Assembly: GCA_964188305.1 (NCBI GenBank)
Contig: OZ076901.1
DNA: 64,000 bases
Source of the DNA: Podarcis bocagei
Taxonomy: Eukaryota
Reading direction: 5' to 3' (one strand)
The stretch's first letter is position 1. Every line of letters begins with the position of its first letter. Under the pieces are notes generated by a model, which was not told where the DNA came from, made no database searches, and saw only the letters and a list, made by a program, of their open reading frames with translations. Position numbers and translations under genes: made by a program. Positions 38,262 to 51,399 of the stretch are shown here, piece by piece.

Positions 38262-38487
38262 CAGTGGTACTTTGGGTTACAGACGCTTCAGGTTACAGAC
38301 TCCGCTAACCCAGAAATAGTACCTCAAGTTAAGAACTTTGCTTCAGGACGAGAACAGAAATTGTGCTCTGGCGGCGCGGCGGCAGCAGGAGGCCCCATTA
38401 GCTAAAGTGGTGCTTCAAGTTAAGAACAGTTTCAGGTTAAGAACGGACCTCCGGAACGAATTAAGTACTTAACCTGAGGTACCACTG
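38262..38487. mobile_element. Tc1/mariner MITE, same family
   Basis: TIRs, TA TSD and body homologous to 3682. Confidence 0.87.
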
Positions 38488-39043
38488 TATGTGGTTTTGA
38501 TCAAAACCAGGAAGAACAGCTGTTTGATGCTGTTTGCATATAGAGTTTGATGCAACAGCAGAAGCTAGCTTTTGTTAAATGAATACTTGCTTGAAGCACA
38601 GCACACCTTGAGCTGAAAGGTATTCAGACTTGGCAGAGCACAAGAAAGCTTATGTTTATTAAGGGAAGTACATTCTGGATAGGAAAGAGTTCTCTAGTCC
38701 TAGCTAACTAATGAGTTGGAGAAACAAAGGAGCCACACTTGCCCCTTTGTTCTCAGAAGGTAGATCCAAGATCACCTCTCGTCTCAAGGTCCAGAGCAAG
38801 TGTGAGCAGAGAGGAGGAGGGAATTGAGAACAGGATGCCACCTGAGATGTATTCGCCTAAACTTCAAAGGATGGAGAGAAGTCAGCATAGAGATAAAAGT
38901 ACAGGGATGCTCTGGGAGTCTGGAGGTCCCTTTCTCTATCCATCTAAACTCTATGGAAACCCCTCTCAGCAAGCTTAATGCACCAAAACCTACCAGCGGA
39001 TGCAACCATCCACTCAGCTGTTTTTGTTCTCATTGTTTACCAG

Positions 39044-39262
39044 GGAGCAAGATGGCGCCAAGCCAGAAGTGCACCATCGGGATGAGCTCCGCATTCCTCA
39101 TTGGCTTTGTGTGGAAGGACCAGTGGCACCCCGTCTTTTGCAGAACGTCCAGCATGGGGACTGCGGATGAGATTAACACTTGCTTGGAAAAAAAGCGGGT
39201 TTATTTCATGGGAGACTCAACGGTGCGGCAATGGCTAGAACATCTGGAAAACACTGTGGACA
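39044..39262 (+). CDS. Duplicated NXPE exon 4B (GDS motif)
   Basis: ttgtttaccag|GG...A|GTAGGT. Encodes KCTIGM, WHPVFC and VYFMGDSTVRQW. Same phases (1/1) as exon 4A. Confidence 0.88.
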
Positions 39263-39598
39263 GTAGGTTCCCTGCAAAGCTGGCAGAGCACCCACCACCA
39301 TTTGCTCAGACACAGACTCGATGTTGCCGCCTCCTGTTACTCCAGATCCTTCCCAGAAACAGCTCCTGCCAGCAGGCAGATGCTGTCTCTCACAAATATT
39401 GGTTTTCCATTCTCCATTTTTATTTACTGCATTTATTTCCCACCTTTTTCCTCCAAGGGGCTTGAGGCATGCAGAGTTCTTCCCCTCCTCATTTAATCCT
39501 CCACAACAACCCTGTGAGGTAGTGAATGGCCTAACGTCACCTAGGGAGCTTCAGGATTTGAACCCTGGTCTCACAGGTCCTAATCCGACACTCTAACC

Positions 39599-39734
39599 CA
39601 GGCTTCCTCAACCTCGGCCCTCCAGATGTTTTGAGACTACAATTCCCATCATCTCTGACTACTGGTCCTACCAGTTAGGGATCATGGGAGTTGTAGGCCA
39701 AAAACATCAGGAGGGCTGAGGTTGAGAAAGCCTG
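39599..39734. mobile_element. Palindromic hAT-like MITE
   Basis: CAGGCTTCCTCAACCTCGGCCC...GGGCTGAGGTTGAGAAAGCCTG with the same internal core. Confidence 0.8.
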
Positions 39735-40807
39735 CACCAGTAAAGTACCACTGGCTCTTTGAGGAAAGCGGTTCTACAGATTTGGGGCTGCTGCTTTGCG
39801 ACTGCTTGTCACAGAGTTGGTTCATGCCTGGAAAGAACAATGCCCAGACTTGGAGTCAATGGGACCTAGGCAGGGGAGAGTTCCCCAGCTAATGAGAAAT
39901 CCAGGCTGGAAGCAAATATAGGCTTAGATAATCCTTATAACTTTACAGTGGGGACAAATTAACACTTAACAGATTTTCCAAGGTGGTTCAAGCCTCTGTG
40001 GAATTGAATGGTTGCTCCCGAAGGTCCAGTACCCCCATTTTTGGAATACTGAGGGTAATAATGCAAGGGTGCCCTGGACTCACCCATCATGCAAGAGCCG
40101 AGTGAGTCATTTGGGGGCAAGGCAAGACTAGTGACAACACATTTTGGAATTATGCTCAGTTTAAGGACTTCAGGTGAGATTTAACATGTGCTCCAAAGGA
40201 AAGCAATTATGTCTCATGGGGAATCTCACACAGATGGCGAGCAGTTTGTTCCTCACTAGGCGAAAAGGCAGCAAAAATTTGTGGGGAACCTTAGCCCCTT
40301 TAGATGTTGCTGAACTATAATTCCCATCACCCCCAGAAGACTTAGTCAATAGCCAGGAATGATGGAAATTGTAGTTCAGAAACATCTGGAGGATTGAAAG
40401 TTTCTCACACCCAACGTAACAAGGCAGACTAGGCAGTTAGTGGGCTTTGTGTTAGTCGAGATACTTTCCATGAGGCCTTCAGCTCACCAACCACAGCCAT
40501 CTGCCTCAAGCATCCATCTGCTGTTAATCCGGGGGTGGCTACTCTGTGGCCTTCCAGATGTTAGACTTCAATTCCCATCATCTTTGGCTACTGCCCATAC
40601 TGAATAGGGCTTCTGGGAGTTGAAAGTCCAGCATTAATCCTTACAGATCATGGCTGTTATTTTTTCATTATCAAAAGTGTCTTGGCATATGAGAACAGCT
40701 CTCCATGACAAAATGGCACCCACTCACCTGTGGTAATCGGTTGTGCATACGGCTTTATCTCCCTAGTATCAACTTGCACTGATCCTATGTCTTTATTTTG
40801 TTGCTAG

Positions 40808-41343
40808 CCCTAAAACCTTTTGATACCTATGGGATTGGAAAGCTCCGGAATCTGCTTTCTATTGACACGGGCAGGAACATCCAAGTCCAATGGAAAAAAC
40901 ATGGCCACCCCATCATTACGGTCCACGAATATACCACAAAAGACCACAGCTACGTCGCTCGAGAGATTGACAACGTGGCAGGCGACAGAGACACAGTGGT
41001 TGTCATCTCCTTGGGCCAGCACTTCCGTCCCTTCCCCATCAAGCTCTTCATTCAAAGGATGATCAACATCCGGGGAGCCATCCAGCGCCTTCTCCTGAGG
41101 AGCCCAGATACAAAGGTCATCATCAAAGCAGAGAACACCCGGGAGATAGACATTGACCAGGAGAGATTTGGTGACTTCCATGGCTATGCCCAATACCTTG
41201 CACTAAGGGACATTTTTTGGGATCTAAAAGTGGGTTTTGTTGATGCCTGGGAAATGACAGTTGCCTACGGCACAAGCAATGTCCACCCAACAGATCATGT
41301 GGTTGTGAATCAAATTAATATGCTTTTAACTTACATCTGTTAA
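40808..41343 (+). CDS. Duplicated NXPE terminal exon 5B
   Basis: ttgctag|CC. Same length as 5A (536 nt). Motifs [22 protein letters not shown]; ends LLTYIC-TAA. About 56% aa identity to 5A by hand count, no indels or stops. Confidence 0.9.
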
Positions 41344-41737
41344 AACCTACATCTGTAAAACATCATCAATTAAAAACTTCCCTTCTAAAAATCAAATAGA
41401 TGCTTATCTGTTTGACTTCTGATGGGTGGGTGCTACTACTGAGGAGGTGAATAGATGCATCATATTGAAGTCTTGGGCATGGCTAAAAATTGTCTCCTTG
41501 GATTCTGACCTAAGTGCCTATACCAGATGCCTACACCAAGGTGCCTGCAAACTTTTAAGCCTGAAATCATCAAGCTGGAAAGACAAGCGATATGTCACAT
41601 GCCGAGGGGGAGACACAGTGAACAGCACCTTGCCTTGGGCTGCTTAGGTGACCTTGAACTAGCCACGATCTTTCGGCTTCTGCTTCCGAGCTCCAAAATG
41701 GGACAAGTGCCACAGCGAGATTCCAAGGGGCTGTCAG

Positions 41738-41743
41738 AATAAA
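41738..41743 (+). terminator. Candidate polyadenylation signal for NXPE exon 5B
   Basis: AATAAA about 395 nt after the 5B stop; a second AATAAA is at 41887-41892. Confidence 0.45.
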
Positions 41744-41876
41744 GGCACTACTCCAGTGCCACTCAGTCTGAATCCTGCTAGCAGCCCCCAAATGCACACA
41801 CACACACAAAATAAGAAAAGAAAAGCAGAAATGCTTAAGTCTAGAAAAGAGGCAAGCATCTTTCAGCAAGGCTGGC

Positions 41877-41882
41877 TTTATT
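41877..41882 (-). terminator. Candidate REXO2 polyadenylation signal (AATAAA)
   Basis: tttatt on +, about 275 nt downstream of the REXO2 stop, followed by U/GU-rich sequence on -. Confidence 0.65.
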
Positions 41883-42156
41883 GCATAATAAAAGAGGGTG
41901 CCTAGAACCAAATTGGGGTTCTTTAACTACAAAAGGTACTCTGTACGCATGAACCAAATGGCTGCAGTTGGTTCAAGGCACTGGCCTGCAATTCAGATGT
42001 CAACGACCTGTCACATGTGGTAGTCAGTAACTGTTAACAATCTTGAGGAAGCAAAGTAACAGAAAGCAGCCTCTTCCTTAACCAACAGTGAACTGAAACG
42101 GCAGGCGGAGACACTTCTGGTGCCTTGTGCTTTTGCTAAAGAACCAGGCTGCAAGA

Positions 42157-42286
42157 TCAACTGGCCAGCTTTTCATTGTCACCATTTTCCACTAGTTTTC
42201 TTTTCTTCTCGTCCGTTTTCCTCTTGAAGATGCTATTTCTGTAAAACTGAAGCTCTTTGATACTCTCCCTGATGTCATCCAGGGCT
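42157..42286 (-). CDS. REXO2: REXO2 exon 7 (terminal)
   Basis: [45 protein letters not shown]. The seven exons total 726 nt, giving 241 aa. Confidence 0.96.
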
Positions 42287-43364
42287 CTAAAGGGAATTCA
42301 GGAAATGTTAACATTCCTTTAAAAGAAGGCTGCACCATACAAACTCACCTCCAAACGCAAGGGCAGGCTAATTTTAAAAGAAGCTGAAAAAGGTATGACT
42401 TTACAGTGTCCCCCAAAATGCTGCAAACAGGTTGTGTATTTCTATGTGCTATGGAACCCTATAGAAGCGGAACTGAAGGAGAGATTCAAAGCTGGTTGGA
42501 GGCAGGAGAGCAAAAATGCCATTACACACATGCCTTCTGCCCTGCGACCAACAAAACTTTGGATTTGGCATCTTATTCCCTCTTGGTTCTCCACCCTTGC
42601 CACTTCTGAACTGCTCTGTAACACACACTTTCTCCTAGGGAAATAATGTAAATAAAGGAGGAAATGTTCTTCTAATACAAAACATGCTACCCATCTTGGC
42701 GATAAACTTGCGGGCTGAATTACTATGATCCAGCACAATGAAAGAAGGTAGATAATAACAGCATGTTCATCTTGCTGAGTAATGACCAAGAGGCAAGTTC
42801 TGAGATGGACAGGGAAAGGTTCTTAACAGTACAGTTAACGGATGAGAAAAGGAAACGGCACACAGGAAGCTGCCCTATATGTGAGTCAAGCCTGATGGGC
42901 CATCAAGGTCGGGGTAAGCAACTTCTTGTCCACCCAGTATAGCTGGACTACAACTCCCATCATCCCTGACCATTAGTCATGCTAATGGTCTGGGATGATG
43001 GTAGAGGAATCCAGCAACTTGTAGAAGGCAACACATTGGCTATCCCTGGTCTACACTGGCTGGCAGCAGCACTTTCAGGTGTCACATTCAAGTCCCTCCA
43101 TGCACAATGTGGAAATGACCGTGATTGAGCCTGGTACCTTCTGCATGCACAGCACCTGTTCTGCCCTTGAGCTCCAACCCTTCTCCATTTGGATGCGGGG
43201 CAAATGTCCCTTTCCAGATTAGTATCTGCAGACTTGAAATAACTTTTATCAATGGCTCCTCCCCCACTGCGCTGTCCTTACCACACTGCATAACCTCATT
43301 GTTGATGCCTGGTGATATAATCTGACACACACAAAACAATCACTCTTCAAAGCCAAACAATTAC

Positions 43365-43418
43365 CTATGAGACGCAGCCTTCTTTGGAGCAAACTCGTAG
43401 TCTTCTGGGTACCAGCGT
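43365..43418 (-). CDS. REXO2: REXO2 exon 6
   Basis: [18 protein letters not shown] with AG/GT boundaries. Confidence 0.96.
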   Translation of the reverse strand, partial: TLVPRRLRVCSKEGCVS

Positions 43419-43772
43419 CTGCACACACAAAACAAGTCCCCATGATCCAAAATCTAAATTATCTACCAAATGTGGTGGATGCCATAGGGAAGAACACCCA
43501 CAAATGCAGGACTCCAGAGCTGCCTCCAAATATAAAATCACCAGAAGCCACAGGCGCACCAAATTTGAAACAATCTCATGCAAAAATCAGGACTGCGAGA
43601 ATTCCAGCTTTAATTTTCTAAAACTCACGGAACCTAGTTATTACACTGCAGAGAAATATTTTCCACTTCCCAAAGTTCCATGTTACTCAATAATTTTACT
43701 ATAGATCAAAACCTCATGTTCATAGAATCATAGAATTGCAGACTGAGAAAGTTCCTTGAGGGTCTTCTAGTC

Positions 43773-44024
43773 CATGGGTAGGCAAACTAAGGCCCGGGGG
43801 CCAGATCCGGCTCAATCGCCTTCAAAATCCAGACAGTGGACGGTCCGGGAATCAGTGTGTTTTTACATGAGTAGAATGTGTGCTTTTATTTAAAATGCAT
43901 CTCTGGGTTATTTGTGGGGCATAAGAATTCATTCTTCTTTCCCCCCCCCAAATATAGTCTGGCCCCCTACAAGGTCTGGGGGACAGTGGACCGGCCCCCT
44001 GCTGAAAAAGTTTGCTGACCCCTG
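43773..44024. mobile_element. hAT (Charlie-like) MITE nested in a CR1-tailed SINE (about 43720-44126, - strand)
   Basis: TIR CATGGGTAGGCAAAC/GTTTGCTGACCCCTG; perfect TSD TTCTAGTC. Confidence 0.85.
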
Positions 44025-44337
44025 TTCTAGTCCAACCCCCTGCAATGCAGGAATCTTCTGCCCAACGTGAAGCTTGAAGTCACAGCACTGAGATTAAGTG
44101 TCTCATGCTCTGCCAACTGAGCTATCAAATAAATAAAAAATAAATGCAAATATATTTTGCAGCTGTAGAATCTGAATCTTTCAGAAAGCTGCATCTACTG
44201 CTGACTGTAGGCATCTTGGTGGTCACCTATTACAAGTAAGACCCGCAAGATTTCCTCAAAGTCTGTGGCATGCCATTCGCTGCCCGAGGAGCCACCCACA
44301 TACCCAAGCTCTGCCAAATGATGTAGTGGGTATTGAC

Positions 44338-44446
44338 CTGCACAGTTCTTTGATGGTGCTCACATCAATGATCCTGTAGTGAAGGTGTTTCATGAACTGG
44401 GGCATGTGCTTGTCGAGGAATTTCTTGTCCGCATGAACCGAGTTTC
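44338..44446 (-). CDS. REXO2: REXO2 exon 5
   Basis: [37 protein letters not shown] with AG/GT boundaries. Confidence 0.97.
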
Positions 44447-44703
44447 CTGAAAAGGGTGGAAAGGCACAGATTCTGTTCATGCACTCAACACGGAATTCTC
44501 AGACAGGTGGCGAAGACACCCAGAAATCCTACCCACCCCCAAATCTCAATCTGAAATTTTTATTACAGCCGTAGACCAGCATACGTAGCGTGGGGTACAG
44601 TCATTTAAAATCTATAAAATGTTTTAGAAAGCTAAAAAGTATTAAAACAGAAATTATATATAATAGAAGCTAAATAATCTAAAATATAAATATACGGTAA
44701 ATA

Positions 44704-44963
44704 CAGTGGTACCTCTGGTTGCGAACGGGATCCGTTCCGGAGACCCGTTCGCAACATGAAAAGACCGCAACCCGCAGCGGCACATCTGCGCACTTGCGGG
44801 TTGCAATTCGCCGCTTCTGCGCATGCGTGTGATGCCATTTAGCACGTCTGCGCATGCACGAGTGGCGAAACCCAGAAGTAACCCTTTCCGGTACTTCCAG
44901 GTCGCCGCGGGACATAACCTGAAAGAACGCAACATGAAGCAGACGTAACATGAGGTATGACTG
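44704..44963. mobile_element. Tc1/mariner MITE, related family
   Basis: CAGTGGTACCTC/GAGGTATGACTG with TA TSD; a partial copy starts at 24714. Confidence 0.8.
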
Positions 44964-45997
44964 TATGAAAGAAGCTAAAATAATCTAAAAGAAGGATTAG
45001 GAGCATTAAACGGATGTGGAAGAGCATAAAAGGTTAGTATATAAAAGACTATGGCTAGCACAACTTCTCTATAGCACAACTTTTCTATGGTGCCCAGCTG
45101 GGCCCCTTCTCTGACTTTGCACCACTTGTACAATCTAAATTTTTAAGATCAGCCCTTCAAGTCCGAAAATGTGTCTCTGATGCCACTCTGAGACTAGAGA
45201 CAGGCTTCACAAAAGTGGAGGCTAGAGTGTAGGTGACCATACTCAACTATTGGCCCAATTATTTTATTTTTATATGAACACATGAATCTGCCTTTGACAG
45301 AATCAAGACATCCACCCAACACCACTAGATTTTATCTGCAGTACTGCTACAGCCTAACCAAAGAAGGCACTTGGCCAAATGTCCAGGAAGGTGACATAAA
45401 ATGGGGCAATTGGGTGCTGAATTTGCCCCGCTTTCCACTCACACTAATTCCAACAAATCTGAAGCTGCTGCATTTTCCCACCTGAACCTTCCCAGGCTCT
45501 ACAATCAACATCATAAGATGCACTGTCCCCGCATATACTTTCAGAAGAAAGAAGGAGGGGAGTCAGGGATTAAACCATCTGAATCTCAGTCTCTAGAACT
45601 CCCTTCCCATAAAGGCACAGATGTCACTTTCCCTTCTCTCAGTTAAACTTTTTATACCAAATGATATTTTGGAGAGATGGTCTATTGCTGATTCTCAAAC
45701 TGGCTTTGATTAACCACATAAGGTTGCACCCAATGTTACACATACTCAGAGCAGACATTAGGTCTAAAATTAATAGACCTAGATGACTGGGGCCCATTAA
45801 TTTGAATAGCTGAAGTTAGTTGCATACAACAAATTATGATTTGCTGATGTTAAGAGTGATTCATAATGGTTTTTTATATATATACGGTTTGCATTTTCTT
45901 TGTTTTGATCCATTAGCTGCCTCAGGCCCTTTGAATGGAAAGGGATGGTACAAATCAATAAAAATGCCTATCTTTCATAAACGTTAAAACCTCCTAC

Positions 45998-46109
45998 CGG
46001 CAAGTGGGCAGAGTCCTGGAGGTGTCTGTTGACGGACAAAAGACAGAAATTCGTACTCTGCTTGACGCAGCGAGATTTTGCTCTCCTGTACTGCCTTTGT
46101 AAGGCCAGA
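45998..46109 (-). CDS. REXO2: REXO2 exon 4
   Basis: [37 protein letters not shown] with AG/GT boundaries. Confidence 0.97.
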
Positions 46110-46939
46110 CTGGAAGAAAGAGAGAAGCCAAAATTACATCATGTTGCCCGTGCCTTAAAAAGAGCCAGGCAGTTAAGATGTCATGCAAGAATCAATACTG
46201 TTATTAGTTTTTATTAAACCTGTGGTCACTTCTTACTCAAAGGCCTCCAAGCCAATTACAACACATTTAGAACATAAGTATCAATATATTATACCATAAA
46301 AACAGAAAGAAAACAACCCCCTTAACAGCCACAGGAAGGTTTGGCAGCACACTACTGAGAAAACAACATCTTAATGGATAGTGGAGGATTTGCACTACTA
46401 GACCAGGCCAGAATAACCATTTAATCCAGCCCTCTGTTTCCTACAGACATCAGCCCAGATGCCCCAGAAAACAGGGCATGGTGCATTGACACTCCACTAC
46501 TAATATTCAGAGGGAGGCTGAAACTGGATCTGGAAGACTCATACAGCCATCAAGACTAGTAGCCATTGATGAATGTGGCCAAGACAAGTCACTGATCTCA
46601 TTCCCTTGCAGGAACTGCTGGTAAACAAGGAAGCGGTCTACCCACTCCCAAACCCCAGCCAAAGGATGCGGCAATTTCAGCGCAACAAAAAAAGGTTTAA
46701 TGTTAAAAAGTCTTCATAATGGACATGGGAAACTCTAATGCCATGCTAAGGACACACTGTGAAGCTGGCCCGTTTTGCACAGATGAGATAAACCTCCAGC
46801 CATCCTTTTCAAAGAAGTGCTTCATGTAGACGGCAGGGAACATGGCACGGTCAAGATAAGGTTCTGTGCATGTGGAACTGTAAAAAGACAAAGGAGGTCT
46901 TCTCAAGGGAGTGTGAGTGATGAAGAAGCAGGCCTCTAC

Positions 46940-47017
46940 CTTGCCGTGATGCTCTTTGCACCATTCTGACATGCTGTCCAGCAGCTCATCTGGCTGGTTT
47001 ATTATCAGGTTGGGACC
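46940..47017 (-). CDS. REXO2: REXO2 exon 3
   Basis: [26 protein letters not shown] with AG/GT boundaries. Confidence 0.97.
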
Positions 47018-47217
47018 CTGTCAGCAAAATAGGAGAAAACAATGGGGAATCAGATCAGACTGTTACATCATTGATGCTCATTTGTTGCTGCTGCTGCAAT
47101 TATTAATGTAGTAATACTAGCATTTTATCCTGATTCTTAGCCAATAAGGGTTCCCAGGATTTCTCTCACATATATCAGTGATGTGATAGCCACTACCCAC
47201 AGGCTGACAATCTAACC

Positions 47218-47353
47218 CAGGCATAGGCAAACTTGGCCCTCCAGATGCTTTGAGACTACAATTCCCATCATCCCTGACCACCGGTCCTGTTAGCTAGGGA
47301 TGATGGGAGTTGAAGTCCCAAAACATCCGGAAGGCCAAGTTTGCCTATGCCTG
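47218..47353. mobile_element. Palindromic hAT-like MITE
   Basis: CAGGCATAGGCAAACTTGGCC...GGCCAAGTTTGCCTATGCCTG. Confidence 0.85.
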
Positions 47354-47959
47354 ATTTAGCCAGACATGACACAGAAGGAAGTGGAATTGAGAGGGAAGAG
47401 GAAAAAGCAAACTCAGTCACTTCTTCTTAAGTTATAGGATTTTTATAATGACCTGCTAGAGGAGTCAAAAGTGGCTGGCTTTTTTAAGAGTCAATGGAAC
47501 GGCCCTGCAGCTCCACCTCTCTCTTCAAAACAGTCCAAAACAAGAGCTGCTAAAGGACAACAGTTCAGGAAGGAAGGGATGGGGTGTGTGTGGTAGCAAT
47601 ATAAGTGGAACTGTTCAAACAGCAGTATGTATTATGAATAGAAATAATCACCTTTGTTTGAACACAAAGGGATGTAAACTTGTAGCGCAATCAGATTCAT
47701 TTTTACTCTCAAGTGTAATGGTGACAGTTTGCACCAGGTAAAACCTGATGAACTTTTAGACTTGATGGAAACAGGAAGCAGCCGTAATTTGGTCACCTTT
47801 CGAGTTCGCAATATTCAGTTGGCATTCACTTCCCTCGCTAAAAACATTTGGAAATTGCATGCATAAAAGGGGCTTTTCATCAGCCAGCTATGTGGCAAAG
47901 AAGTCAGTGGAAATTATGAGTGACTAGTTGGCCACTCACAGCAATTAGCTAACCAGCTG

Positions 47960-48460
47960 GCATTTAAAAAATACATATTGAAAAGAAAAAAAAGGACTAC
48001 AAACTTAAAATCCTCTCTTCCCCCCTTTCCTCCATCCCAAAGGCATAGTTCAGATGTAAACAAAAATAGTACAGTTAACACAAACACTAATATGGAGAAA
48101 AACAGAAAGTTACTAATGTCAGTATGAAGGAGAATATTAACACAAACAGATATCATGGAATGCAGTTTGTCCTGTAAAGTATTTGTTCAAATACTGGCTC
48201 AATGGCCATCAGACTGCCAAAGAAGTTTTTTGTACCAGTTTTTCAGAAATGGCTGTCCCAAATTACATTATACCATTTTTGCACATTTAAACCCTTTGTT
48301 TCCTTCCATTTTCTAGCTATCAATATTCTTCTTACCACTAATAAGTAACCAATTACATGTTCATATAATAACCCTTGGTAGTCTGCACTGAATATACCCA
48401 ACAATGCTATTTCAGGAGGGTGGTTTTTTTAACGGGTTTCTCCAGTATTTTTGTTATTTC
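47960..48460 (-). mobile_element. Degenerate L1 3' fragment in REXO2 intron 2
   Basis: Minus strand reads RILIARKWKE, matching RILIAQKWKS in the full L1 ORF2. Boundaries approximate. Confidence 0.65.
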
Positions 48461-48514
48461 TGTGCTAGCTGGCATTTAGCAGGCACCAGCCCCCAAAATC
48501 AGCAACCAACATAC

Positions 48515-48598
48515 CTCAGCCAAGATGTTCAAGTCTGAATCTGTTATGAGACAGGCCATCTCAATGATCTGGTCTTTTTCAATGTCGAGCCCCGTCAT
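48515..48598 (-). CDS. REXO2: REXO2 exon 2
   Basis: [28 protein letters not shown] with AG/GT boundaries. Confidence 0.97.
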
Positions 48599-49811
48599 CT
48601 ATATCAAAGTCAAAATGTTAACAAGTGTAAGATGTCAGGAAGAGCTTTCTTTTTTTATTTTTAAAAATGATATTTATTGAGAATTTAAAATTACAGAGGG
48701 AGAAAAAGAAAAAAGAGAAACAAAAAAGGAATTAAACAATACAAGTCAATAAAAAGAAAAAAGAGAACAAAACACACAATACAATGGAGCCCCCGCATTG
48801 CTTTCTGTTTCACTCTGTGCTAGCAAAAGTGCATTTTAACAAACCTTAATCCTTTCCCTGGACTATATCTTAAATATTCTGATGCTGGTAGGTTAAAAAA
48901 GCATTCGCAGCAGCCAGAAAATGGGGGGTGAGGGAAGACCCACTGAAGGTTTGAACAAATGTGTCTGCCTCACAAAGAGCTAGGAAATCAACTCAGAAAA
49001 TTGCCCTGGAGCGCAGTTTATTTCTTTATTTCTTTAATGTCAGGCCATAGCAGTGATGTTCTTCCTGCTCACTTAAGCCAAGTGGTTAAATGTTTAGTTC
49101 GGGTTGGTGGTTATTCTAAATTAGGTATAACTGTAAACTGTTTATTATTGCTATTGCTGTTGGTTTCTATTGATTTATTGGTTGGTTTGTTGCTCGCAGA
49201 GGATATTTTTTTTTATGTTTGATACTTTGTTGTGTTTTTATACATGTTGTAAGCCACCCAGAGTGGCTGGGGAAACCCAGCAAGATGGGCGGGATATACA
49301 TTTTAAAAATATTATTATTATTAAGTGTCAATTGTTTTAGGACCTCAAGCCTATACAAGCTGATAAAATCTAGGATTGTGAATTGCTTTGCTGCAAGAGG
49401 CCCAGGGGAGGAGGTCAATCTTTTTAAAGTGTGGGCGCATTTGTAATAAATAGGCTTCTCGATGACTATTAAAGAGCGATAAATGGCCTCCATATTCAGT
49501 GGCTTCTGGAAGCCAACAATAAGAAATGACATCTTGTCTGCCACTGCTGGTTGCACAGAACTGATCCTCAGTCTGGTCACACATGGAGCCAACATAGCCC
49601 CTTCAAATAAAATTGTGAACTTGAAACCTCATTTCCTCATAGCACAAGGATGCAGCTTGTCCTAGGATAGGCTTTGTCAGCCTGGTGCCCTATAGATGGT
49701 TTGGATTGCAACTTCCATCAGGCTCCAGTGGGCCTACTTGAGGGCACCCTGCTGGTGAAGGCTGCCCTAGATCCCTTGCAAATTCCTGCACTGCTAATGC
49801 AGATATATGTT

Positions 49812-50238
49812 GTTGTTGTTTAATCGCTTAGTCGTGTCTGACTCTTCGTGACCCCCTGGACCAGAGCACGCCAGGCACTCCTGTCTTCCACTGCCTCCCG
49901 CAGTTTGGCCAGACTCATGTTTGCAGCTTCGAGAACACTGTCCAACCATCTCATCCTCTGTCGTCCCCTTCTCCTTGTGCCCTCCATCTTTCCCAACATC
50001 AGGGTCTTTTCCAGGGAGTCTTATCTTCTCATGAGGTGGCCAAAGTATTGGAGCCTCAGCTTCAGGATCTGTCCTTCCAGTGAGCACTCAGGGCTGATTT
50101 CCTTAAGAATGGATACGTTTGATCTTCTTGCAGTCCATGGGACTATCAAGAGTCTCCTCCAGCACCATAATTCAAAAGCATCAATTCTTCGGCGATCAGC
50201 CTTCTTTATGGTCCAGCTCTCACTTCCATACATCACTA
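49812..50238 (-). mobile_element. RTE-BovB LINE, 5'-truncated
   Basis: YGSESWTIKKADRRRIDAFELWCWRRLL...LKLRLQYFGHLMRR, (CAA)n tail, TSD AGATATATGTT (49801-49811 and 50239-50249). Confidence 0.92.
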
Positions 50239-50994
50239 AGATATATGTTAGAACACTCCTTTCCAACCTACCAAGGGTCCCAGCTGCCCTAGGGTGACCA
50301 AATTTGATTTTCTGCTCCCAAGATCTCATTTCCTGTGAAATTAGGCTGCTTCTTCCCCCACAAACCAAGCTTTCTACATTTCCTAGAAAAAACACTTAAA
50401 GGGTGAATGGTCTCCTTCCTTCTCTCACACACATCCACCTACAGTGCCTATGTATCGTGGGGGATAATATGGGATGGGGGCACACACCAAGGCTCCCAGG
50501 AATAATAGGATGGGCACCAATCTCCTGCACATGTCCTGTAGTACATGAGTCGGGGGGGTGGGAGGCATTATGCGATGCGACCCCCGTAGGATACACATCT
50601 CCTCAAAGGATATTCTAAGAGAGTCCAATCTTGCTCGTACACAGGCATACACTTACATTGCACCTGTCTCTTTTGGGGAAGGAGGATGAATCCTGCACCT
50701 ACACTGCACCAGTATCTCTTGCGGGGATATTATGGGCTGCAGCTCCTTTGCAAATAACCCAACAGGCACATCTCTTGAGAACGTTGCCTTACATGGTGTA
50801 GGTCTTTCTACATGAACAGAGATTAGAAAATGGATACTATGATACTATGGGATTGCAATCTTCAAGTATTCACCCCCAGCTGTCTCAAGGGGTAGAGGGA
50901 TTTTGCGGGACGCAGCCCCGCCCTCTCCTTACACATTGATATTGAACCATATATATATGATTCATATATATGATATGATCCTGAACCAAATCTC

Positions 50995-51280
50995 TCATTC
51001 ATATATATATATATATATATATATATTCAAATTAAAGTTTTGCAATCACATATCCAGCATACATCATAAAAACAAGATTCCAAAGAACCTCCTGGACTTC
51101 CCTCCTTCCCCTTTCTGGATCCTATTATAAATCATTTGCCCCTGCATCTTCTATAATAATCTAACTGTTTTATATCTCCATTATATCCAAAATTCACCAT
51201 TAAACTACAAGTGTTATTCCGATCCTAATAACGATTTTAACTGTTTACAATGATTTTTTAAGATAAATGATAAATTTTCT
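50995..51280 (-). mobile_element. Probable L1 3'UTR fragment with (AT)n tail
   Basis: Purine-rich GGGAAGTC 3'UTR tract like the other L1 tails here, ending in a simple repeat. Boundaries approximate. Confidence 0.5.
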
Positions 51281-51399
51281 GAACTAAATCTCATGGGGGC
51301 ATATTATGGGATAGTAGCTATTTGTATAACTGTTTCATACTTCTTCGAAGGCAATGTTCTGGGGCAGCGGGGAATCACGGGATGGATCCTCCTCAAAAG

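Noticed and set aside
38824-39043. N-terminal extension of the 213-aa ORF as a true start for a stand-alone NXPE-B
   Set aside because: TTG start and no NXPE similarity or signal anchor upstream of the acceptor at 39043. An ATG at 39052 exists but would give a protein without a targeting signal.
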